From a virus (Duplodnaviria > Caudoviricetes): a DNA stretch of 64,000 nt. The DNA lies in IMG/VR virus record IMGVR_UViG_2788499951_000002, positions 93,857-157,856 of that record. One strand, 5' to 3'. The first letter of the stretch is position 1, and each line of letters opens with the position of its first letter. The notes below the pieces were generated by a model. It was not told the origin of the DNA. It saw only the letters and a list, made by a program, of their open reading frames with translations, and made no database searches. This document shows positions 57,685 through 64,000 of the stretch, one piece after another. A program made the translations under genes and the position numbers.

Positions 57685-57870
57685 TCACTTGTCAAATTTC
57701 GTCACAATGTCATCGGACATTGGTTGGTCTGACCAGCCTAGCACGTTGATAGCGAACCAACCAAAGCAGGCACAAACGCCGACCAGTGCCAGCATTGCGA
57801 TGACACCAAAAACCGTCATGCCAAGCATGGATTCAATGCCAAGCGCGTTGAAGATATGACCTAACCACAT
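57685..57870 (-). CDS. small membrane protein
   Basis: one hydrophobic helix. Confidence 0.5.
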   Translation of the reverse strand: MWLGHIFNALGIESMLGMTVFGVIAMLALVGVCACFGWFAINVLGWSDQPMSDDIVTKFDK

Positions 57871-57871
57871 A

Positions 57872-58234
57872 TCACACCCCCATTTTAGTGTTGAGCAGTT
57901 GAGCGTCATATGCTTTCAGGAGCACATGCTGGCGACGCTTTTGCACTGCGCTAAACCCGTGATGGCCAGCGTGTGACCAACTGACCTGCTGGCGACCAGT
58001 CCGGCACGGTGAATAGTCTTCACCATAGCGCGCTTTGTTTTCGGCGTCAATCTTTTCCTTCCAGTCGGCCTTCAATACCTCATTCTTGAAGACCTCAACA
58101 CCGTCTACCATGACACGCGCAGTCTTATACGCATCATTCTCAGTCACCACGACCTCAGTATTGGCACGCTTGAAGTGATAACCAAAGTTCACCGCGTTCA
58201 CCATATCGACTTCAATGAGACGCATCTTGATCAT
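57872..58234 (-). CDS. hypothetical early protein (N-terminus like 59322..59651)
   Basis: MRLIE..MV.A......F...NT.V versus MRKIE..MV.A......F...NT.V. Confidence 0.65.
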   Translation of the reverse strand: MIKMRLIEVDMVNAVNFGYHFKRANTEVVVTENDAYKTARVMVDGVEVFKNEVLKADWKEKIDAENKARYGEDYSPCRTGRQQVSWSHAGHHGFSAVQKRRQHVLLKAYDAQLLNTKMGV

Positions 58235-58323
58235 GACATTACCTCACTTGCTTGATTGAATTGAAACAACACGACTAGCTTAATCAAGTGCCCTGACGCT
58301 GTCAAGGCACTTTGTTAAACTTA
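58235..58323 (-). repeat. promoter/stem-loop/RBS repeat, copy 4 (near-identical to copy 6)
   Basis: AGTTTAACAAAGTGCCTTGACAGCGTCAGGGCACTTGATTAAGCT. Confidence 0.9.
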
Positions 58324-58803
58324 TCAGATATTCATCGATATGACATTGATCATACCGTTGGAGTCGAACTTGAACACCGGCAGATGTCCAGCTGGCATGT
58401 TTTTCTGTGGTGTCATGTATGCAAACCCTGACCATTTACCCGTGCCAGCGATGAAACGTGCAGGCATTGGAATTCCCGCTGGCTCACTGGTATCAAGATA
58501 CGCCACCACAGAATGGGTGGCTTTTGGAGCCACACCGATAATACCGTACGCCTCGGCCATCGAACTGACAAAATACCCAAGGCGCGGAAGAATGTTGGTA
58601 ATTTCCTTGCCGTCCACATCCCAGCCCTTGTGGACTATTTCATCGTGGTTGATACGACCACCCCCGAGACACGGACGGAGCGCGGTTTTTTCGAACACGA
58701 CATCTTCCAGTGCCGCCAGATGATTGATGGCCGTCACTTCACTGTCGGCGTTATCAGCGGACACTTCCTGACCAGCGGTGATTGAAACGAAGAATGAAGA
58801 CAT
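58324..58803 (-). CDS. hypothetical early protein
   Basis: single-gene unit between repeats. Confidence 0.7.
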   Translation of the reverse strand: MSSFFVSITAGQEVSADNADSEVTAINHLAALEDVVFEKTALRPCLGGGRINHDEIVHKGWDVDGKEITNILPRLGYFVSSMAEAYGIIGVAPKATHSVVAYLDTSEPAGIPMPARFIAGTGKWSGFAYMTPQKNMPAGHLPVFKFDSNGMINVISMNI

Positions 58804-58894
58804 GATGATACCTCACTTACTTGATTGAGTTGACTTACGTGGTACAGCTTAACGGAGCGCCCTGACACCTGTCAAGGCGCTCGAGTAAACTTTA
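58804..58894 (-). repeat. promoter/stem-loop/RBS repeat, copy 5
   Basis: near-identical to copy 1. Confidence 0.9.
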
Positions 58895-59236
58895 CACACC
58901 AACAATCAAGACCTTGCGCAATGTGCGCATCTCGGCGGTATAGTCCTGACCAGCGACATATGACCACCCGTGACGCTTGTCATACGTCAAACGTGACAGG
59001 ATTCCCGCGCTATCGATGTCGTCCAGATTGCGCAGGGCAGTTCGGACGCGGCGAAGTGTGTCAACTCGACAGCCCTTTGTCACAATATCGGCGATGGCGT
59101 CGACGTCGCTATCTTCCAGACACACCTCGCGGGATATGTCCTTCCAGCCGGATTTGACCAGCACACGACGACAAACAAAGTTATCGAGTGACAGATGACG
59201 GGCATTGCGCTTGATTGCGGAAATTGACTTATACAT
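58892..59236 (-). CDS. hypothetical early protein
   Basis: single-gene unit; WSYVAGQDY..E...LR. Confidence 0.7.
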   Translation of the reverse strand: MYKSISAIKRNARHLSLDNFVCRRVLVKSGWKDISREVCLEDSDVDAIADIVTKGCRVDTLRRVRTALRNLDDIDSAGILSRLTYDKRHGWSYVAGQDYTAEMRTLRKVLIVGV

Positions 59237-59324
59237 GACATTACTCACTTGCTTGATTGAATTGAAACAACACGACTAGCTTAATCAAGTGCCCTGACGC
59301 TGTCAAGGCACTTTGTTAAACTTA
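59237..59324 (-). repeat. promoter/stem-loop/RBS repeat, copy 6
   Basis: matches copy 4 except a 1-nt deletion in the RBS. Confidence 0.9.
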
Positions 59325-59651
59325 TCGACTCACACGGGAGAATGTTACACCATTGGTAAACAATTCGTCGTTACCGTTTTTGGTGACGTACCACACACCC
59401 TTGCGCTGGTAGACCCCATTGTTGCGACCGTCACACAGGCCGTTAATCAGGGCATTCAGACGTGACTTTGTGGTGACACTACGCCATCCCCCATCCAACA
59501 CAGACAGCCCCGCACTGGTCACGGTGGCGATATGGTTTCCATGCAGGTGTACATGGAGTGATTCATTGACGCGGGTGACGGTGGTGTTGCCGTTGCTGAA
59601 AGTCTTGTTGGCGATAATGGCGGCGACCATTGCAGATTCGATTTTACGCAT
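59322..59651 (-). CDS. conserved phage hypothetical early protein
   Basis: LHGNHIA...DGGW.S.TTKSRLNAL...VYQ....WY. Confidence 0.75.
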   Translation of the reverse strand: MRKIESAMVAAIIANKTFSNGNTTVTRVNESLHVHLHGNHIATVTSAGLSVLDGGWRSVTTKSRLNALINGLCDGRNNGVYQRKGVWYVTKNGNDELFTNGVTFSRVSR

Positions 59652-59741
59652 GATGATACCTCACTTACAGTTTGGGTGGACTTACACGGTACAGCTTAAT
59701 CAAGCGCCCTGACACCTGTCAAGGCGCTTTGTTAAACTTTA
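59652..59741 (-). repeat. promoter/stem-loop/RBS repeat, copy 7
   Basis: near-identical to copy 2. Confidence 0.9.
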
Positions 59742-60209
59742 CACGTTGGCGGTGTGACGGATTGCACCCATGTTATACGCCACGACCTTACAGCCGCCAT
59801 ATTCCAGAAAGGCACTGGCAATCCAATTTGTGGCAGACTGACAATCCTCGCACTTGCCACACGGGGCCGTGTCCAGCTGGCGGGAACGCTCAGTCACGGC
59901 CATCCACATATTGTCCAGCTGGTCACGATCAGCGACAATGGACACACCGCCACCAAAGATCCAACCAAAGTTAGAATACCGTGCCACCTGATCGATGACG
60001 GATTCAGGAACACAAAGGCCGACAGCGCGACCGTTGACGATACTGGTACGGACTTCACCACGCTTAGTGCGGAGTGTCAGGGTAGTAGCCGTGTGGCGCT
60101 GGTTTTGCTCGACTTCGAGAACTTCAGCATACCCGTCAAAACCACGATCGATCCAGTCGCCAGCTTTGACATCAGCGGCACGGACGTTGATGATTTTCAT
60201 ATCGGACAT
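59739..60209 (-). CDS. hypothetical early protein
   Basis: single-gene unit; PCGKCEDC. Confidence 0.7.
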   Translation of the reverse strand: MSDMKIINVRAADVKAGDWIDRGFDGYAEVLEVEQNQRHTATTLTLRTKRGEVRTSIVNGRAVGLCVPESVIDQVARYSNFGWIFGGGVSIVADRDQLDNMWMAVTERSRQLDTAPCGKCEDCQSATNWIASAFLEYGGCKVVAYNMGAIRHTANV

Positions 60210-60292
60210 AATAATACCTCACTTACAGTTTGGGTTGACTTGCAGGATAAAGTTTAGGCTTGCACCCTGACAACTGTCAAGGTGCAAGGTAA
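60210..60292 (-). repeat. promoter/stem-loop/RBS repeat, copy 8 (divergent)
   Basis: TTGCACCTTGACAGTTGTCAGGGTGCAAGCCTAAACT...AAGTGAGGTATTATTATG. Confidence 0.8.
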
Positions 60293-60652
60293 CACTCTAT
60301 CAATTTTTTTTTTCATTGTTCACGACATCAGCCGCATATGGGATTTATGGTTTTGGTTACATCGCACCATAGAAACGCGGGTTTATTTTACGTACCACTC
60401 CATGCACGTTGAGGGAAACCATATGTTGAAGATTCGCGCTAGTGTTCACTTCTCACAAGTGTCAAGTCACACGGTGGGGCCGCTAGGCGGACTTATCCCG
60501 TATGGATGCGCCTACACTAGCAGGCGTCATTCTACAATCCCTCACACGTTCCGCCGATGGCTCCGGCACTATAACACTAGCGTGTTAGGGAGTTCGGGCG
60601 GGATATCTTGCCCCGCATTCCATTGGTCCGTGATTTAGGGATCAACTTTTAG

Positions 60653-60702
60653 ATTGTTAAAGAGCGTGCCTCTATGTTAGCTGGCGTGGTTTCGATTGTC
60701 AA
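60653..60702 (-). promoter_or_regulatory. sigma70 promoter + rrn-type boxA
   Basis: TTGACA-17-TAACAT, then CGCTCTTTAACAAT. Confidence 0.8.
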
Positions 60703-60757
60703 GGATTATTTTTCGATCCTTTTCGATACCTTGGGTGATTCATGTTTTCGCCCCCTC

Positions 60758-60787
60758 ATTCTAGCCTATCCCGTTTCACCGTGTCAA
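60758..60787 (-). promoter_or_regulatory. sigma70 promoter
   Basis: TTGACA-18-TAGAAT. Confidence 0.6.
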
Positions 60788-60836
60788 GTGTTATTTCAGA
60801 CGCCTGACAAATTCATTCATGAATCAGGATGGCCAA

Positions 60837-60887
60837 ATTGTTAAGGAGCGATGGTCGAATTGTGAAGTATGGTGCTGATCTTGTCAA
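60837..60887 (-). promoter_or_regulatory. sigma70 promoter + boxA-like element
   Basis: TTGACA-17-CACAAT, then CGCTCCTTAACAAT. Confidence 0.7.
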
Positions 60888-61043
60888 GTGCGTTTTTGAG
60901 GCTGGCATATAAAGCGCGAATATCATTGTTCCGATAAGGCTTTATATTCTTCTCAGGGCCGCAGCGGCGGCTGGTACACGCTGACACACATAAGACTAGC
61001 AGACTTCCCCAATTCGATCAATCCCTAAATTCTGGATATCCCA

Positions 61044-61062
61044 AATGAGAATGATTCTCATT
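61044..61062. promoter_or_regulatory. Fur-box-like perfect 9-1-9 palindrome
   Basis: AATGAGAAT-G-ATTCTCATT. Confidence 0.65.
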
Positions 61063-61080
61063 AGTGAAAGGGTAGGCTAA

Positions 61081-61128
61081 ATTGTTAAGGAGCAGGCCCA
61101 TACTATCGCGGGTGGTCGAGCTTGTCAA
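61081..61128 (-). promoter_or_regulatory. sigma70 promoter + boxA-like element
   Basis: TTGACA-17-TAGTAT, then TGCTCCTTAACAAT. Confidence 0.75.
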
Positions 61129-61581
61129 ACGTTTTTCATGTTGGCCTTTTATCGTGGTCTCAGGCTTCACCCTGACGGCGACTCGGGTAGTTTGCAGCTA
61201 CTCCAACTGGGGCGTGCTAGGCCAGTCCCCTAAGGCGGCGACTATGGCGATGCTTCCCTAGAAAACGCCGTGTTGCTTGCGTTTCCATGGTTTGAACTAT
61301 GATGCATGCCGCCGGATTCGTCAAATTTTATTTTCATGTTTTTGCGAAAAAACTTGTAAGTGCCTGTTTTTCTTAACAAATTATTTCGCAGGATTTGTTG
61401 TCGAACACTGTTTCCGTTCGTCGGCCCCGTGTTAGCGGCTCCCGCTTTAGTTCGCCTGCTAACGATGTCGCCTTGTATAAGGAGGAACGCGCCCGCGTGC
61501 GTTATATAATCCATCACACGAAATAAATCAATAAATTTTTCGATTTATTTTCGATTTATTCCCTCCTTTATTACGCACGCG

Positions 61582-61610
61582 ATTATATTATTTTTCTAAT
61601 TTATTGTCAA
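61582..61610 (-). promoter_or_regulatory. consensus sigma70 promoter with AT-rich upstream element
   Basis: TTGACA-17-TATAAT exact consensus. Confidence 0.8.
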
Positions 61611-61825
61611 TCAATTCTTTTCATTTTTTCAAAATTTTTTGTAAGTCTTTGATTTTAAAAGAAAAAACGTCCTGTATTACGTCCCTAACGTCCTTTTGTC
61701 CTGATTCCTATAATACCCAAAAAGGACGGGCTTCTCAGGACGTTTACAGGACAAAAAGACGACGAAAGGATCCCGAAAAGAAACAGGAATCAGCGCCAAT
61801 ATATGCCGTTATAACCCCATAAAAC

Positions 61826-61858
61826 AAATAACCCCCACACCGAAGTGCAGGGGTTATT
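61826..61858 (-). terminator. intrinsic terminator
   Basis: AATAACCCC...CGAA...GGGGTTATT hairpin, T-rich 3' side on - strand. Confidence 0.65.
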
Positions 61859-61863
61859 ATATA

Positions 61864-62145
61864 TCAGAGTCCGCGTTGTTTACGAATACGCATTGCTTTC
61901 TTGCGGCGCTTGACGGCCTTGCGCTGGCCAGAAACATCTCTGGCTCGAGTCTTGGCCGCTTTCTTGGCTCTCTTACGCAGAGCACTGGCGCTCATACCAG
62001 TCGTTCTTACTGCCCTGCGCTTTCGGGTCTTGCGGTCCTTCTTGCGGGCCGTATTCCCTCGAGAGTCCACTGTTCTAACTGTACCTTCTTCGATAGCAAG
62101 GTCAAGCTTTGCGAGTTCGGACTCAATGAGTTCTTCAAAGTCCAT
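61864..62145 (-). CDS. small basic protein, probable prohead core/DNA-condensing protein
   Basis: acidic leader then K/R-rich body; TAAATA upstream. Confidence 0.6.
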   Translation of the reverse strand: MDFEELIESELAKLDLAIEEGTVRTVDSRGNTARKKDRKTRKRRAVRTTGMSASALRKRAKKAAKTRARDVSGQRKAVKRRKKAMRIRKQRGL

Positions 62146-62172
62146 GTTCGTCTCCTATGTTCTGAAGACTAT

Positions 62173-62922
62173 TTACTCCTGAGTGTAGAACTCATCACGT
62201 ACGTTGTCACGAAGTTCATCCAGTGTCATGGTCGGAGTGTCCATGAAGGCTTCGATCAGGGGGAGCATACGCGCGTTATCCTCGACACCCTCGACATTGA
62301 TCTTGGTGTAACCCTGACCATTGAACTGTGCAGTACGGTAGTGGTTCAGAGTGTTCTTTGCTGCCATGTAGGCAGAGAAGCGTTCGATTGAACCAATGTT
62401 CGCTGCGAGGGTCTGGAGAGTGCCGATCAACTCATAGATGTCTTGATATGACTGGGACAACAGAGTCGACGCAAGACGAATGAACTCACAATGACTCAGA
62501 GTGTTCGGAGCAGTCACCAGAGAGGCCACAGGAGCGCCGCCAGCGTCAGACCCGACATACCAGTTGGAGAACTGGCTAAAGTCCGTCACGTCGCATTCTC
62601 CGGCGGCTGAGAGGGTCTGCTTGACCACAGAGTACATCATGGAGAGATGGAAGTGGCAGATGTCAGTCAGTTCGATCTTGAGGTTGTGGGTATCCAGAAG
62701 ATCCGGATCCTTGGCAGCACCCCACCATTTCCAACTTAATGAATCCGAACCAATGAACTCTGCAAGCTCATCGAGGATGGCGACCTGATACTGGCAGGTG
62801 CTGACCGGACCGGAAGACGCTTGCATCACGGCGTCGAGGTCCATCTGAGCCGTCATCAGTTCTGCGACCGACATACGACGGGATTGTTGAAGAGGGGTGA
62901 GAGTTGAGCAGCAGTTTGACAT
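62173..62922 (-). CDS. dimeric (all-alpha) dUTPase
   Basis: ELAE...WKWW, EL.DI.HF.LS, Y..KN.LN.YR...GY.K. Confidence 0.85.
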   Translation of the reverse strand: MSNCCSTLTPLQQSRRMSVAELMTAQMDLDAVMQASSGPVSTCQYQVAILDELAEFIGSDSLSWKWWGAAKDPDLLDTHNLKIELTDICHFHLSMMYSVVKQTLSAAGECDVTDFSQFSNWYVGSDAGGAPVASLVTAPNTLSHCEFIRLASTLLSQSYQDIYELIGTLQTLAANIGSIERFSAYMAAKNTLNHYRTAQFNGQGYTKINVEGVEDNARMLPLIEAFMDTPTMTLDELRDNVRDEFYTQE

Positions 62923-62967
62923 TGAAAGTTTCCTGTTTGGTTGAGTTCGTATTTATCTTACGGCAAT

Positions 62968-63750
62968 TCACGCTGTGGGATTGTCAAGTCCATTCTCGAG
63001 ACGCCATTCTAACAGCGCCATCAGGGCCTCGTCAAGTTCCTTGAAGTATCCGACGAGATGTGATTTGCGATTATTCTTGCCTCCAGTGGACGGGCGAACC
63101 TGCCACCCGTTATGGCGGGGAGACCAATATATGTTCTTAATACCCGAAGTACTGTTGGGGCTGGACAAAGGCCATTCGGGGACATAAGGGACATAGTCCG
63201 CATGAAATGGAGGGGCTTGTCCATGAGTCTCATCGAAACCGTGCTCGGCACGAAACTTCAATCCTGCCTCATTTGCCTCTTCAGCAGTGTCAAACGTCCC
63301 GAGGTGATGTTTAACACCAAGCATCCCGCACTCTGCGACGTACCGGATACCATCGGAGGCGATTTGTACCCCGTTGTACCCAGTGACATTGCGGGAGCTG
63401 AGTGAACCATTCCTGCCGTTTTTGACATGGTCCGCGAGACGAAGATTTTCCCAACGATTGTCAGTGGCATCATGATTCTTATGGTCGATCATATCCGGCC
63501 ATTCACCTGTCATATAGAACCAAGCGAGATGATGTTCATGGAATAGAGCATTGTCGAGTCGGATACGGCGTCGATGATAGCGTTCGGTTCGCTGAACCGA
63601 ACCGGCTCGTTTACCGGTGCATTGAGAATTCGCTGCGTTGCTCACCCATGGACGATGTTTCCATGTGAAGATTCCCGTCTCTGGGTCATAGTCTAGGGAG
63701 GCTTTGAGGTGATCGAGTGTCAGTGCGTCCTTTTGCTGTTGTGTAGCCAT
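62968..63750 (-). CDS. HNH homing endonuclease with two AP2-like domains
   Basis: LDYDPETG, H.LAWFYMTGEWP..IDHKNHD..DNRWENL, HLGTF.T.EEA, VGYF..L.EA. Confidence 0.9.
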   Translation of the reverse strand: MATQQQKDALTLDHLKASLDYDPETGIFTWKHRPWVSNAANSQCTGKRAGSVQRTERYHRRRIRLDNALFHEHHLAWFYMTGEWPDMIDHKNHDATDNRWENLRLADHVKNGRNGSLSSRNVTGYNGVQIASDGIRYVAECGMLGVKHHLGTFDTAEEANEAGLKFRAEHGFDETHGQAPPFHADYVPYVPEWPLSSPNSTSGIKNIYWSPRHNGWQVRPSTGGKNNRKSHLVGYFKELDEALMALLEWRLENGLDNPTA

Positions 63751-63801
63751 GTTTATATTCCTATGTGAGATGCCTCTCTTTTGAGAGGCATCATTTGGTC
63801 A

Positions 63802-64000
63802 TCAGACCGAGTAAACCTCATTACGTGGGCGGGTGTCCGCGTGGGAACCTGTCTCGAGAGGCGTCACCATATCCTTCACTTCCTCCCCTGTCAACACCTG
63901 ACGTCCCACTTCACCGTACTTCTTGGAGATGTGGACACAGGTCAACATTGCTCGACTGCGCCAGCCGTACTCATGTGCATATGCGTCCTTACCCGCCATA
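63802..64000 (-). CDS. hypothetical protein (5' truncated by window)
   Basis: open frame running off the window, followed by hairpin 63769-63792. Confidence 0.5.
   Translation of the reverse strand, partial: MAGKDAYAHEYGWRSRAMLTCVHISKKYGEVGRQVLTGEEVKDMVTPLETGSHADTRPRNEVYSV

Noticed and set aside
55617-60292. CRISPR array
   Set aside because: Repeats are ~90 bp promoter/RBS units separated by whole genes of 330-1100 bp, not short uniform spacers; no cas genes.
60293-61860. tRNA genes or real CDSs (60282..60638, 61242..61517, 61604..61822) in the non-coding region
   Set aside because: No cloverleaf or T-loop motif recognised by eye; the ORFs lack RBS and overlap promoter elements. Structured ncRNAs cannot be excluded without a covariance search.

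Overview
64 kb internal segment of a large lytic T4-superfamily-like (probably jumbo) myophage. The host is most likely a gammaproteobacterium, judging from sigma70 promoters, rrn-type boxA, a Fur box and ArfA. Left end, + strand: rIIB, intein-split nrdA, nrdB, glutaredoxin, HslV-like peptidase, dCMP deaminase, putative clamp, gp32-like SSB and a neck/tail-completion cluster (gp4, gp19/54-like, gp15, gp14, gp13). From 15.5 to 60.3 kb nearly all genes run leftward. They include DNA ligase, a family-B polymerase split into two genes 8.4 kb apart, DenV-like glycosylase, a macrodomain protein, DsbA, ClpP, an unannotated 47-aa ArfA, a MoxR/VWA pair and three HNH-AP2 endonucleases; dUTPase and a fourth HNH-AP2 lie at 62-64 kb. 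The strongest unexplained signal is that about 29 otherwise dissimilar ORFs (16.8-47 kb; soluble, membrane-bound and mini-proteins) end in the same C-terminal motif A-[LMIV]-x-x-[LIM]-stop, and a membrane-anchored BCS1-like AAA ATPase sits inside that array. This is a candidate C-terminal tag/sorting system. At 55.6-60.3 kb, eight promoter/stem-loop/RBS repeats divide small genes into cassette-like units. Upstream lies a 1.6 kb non-coding control region with three promoter-boxA units, a perfect Fur-type palindrome, and an AT-rich/IHF/inverted-repeat segment. Functional calls come from motif recognition only; no searches were run.
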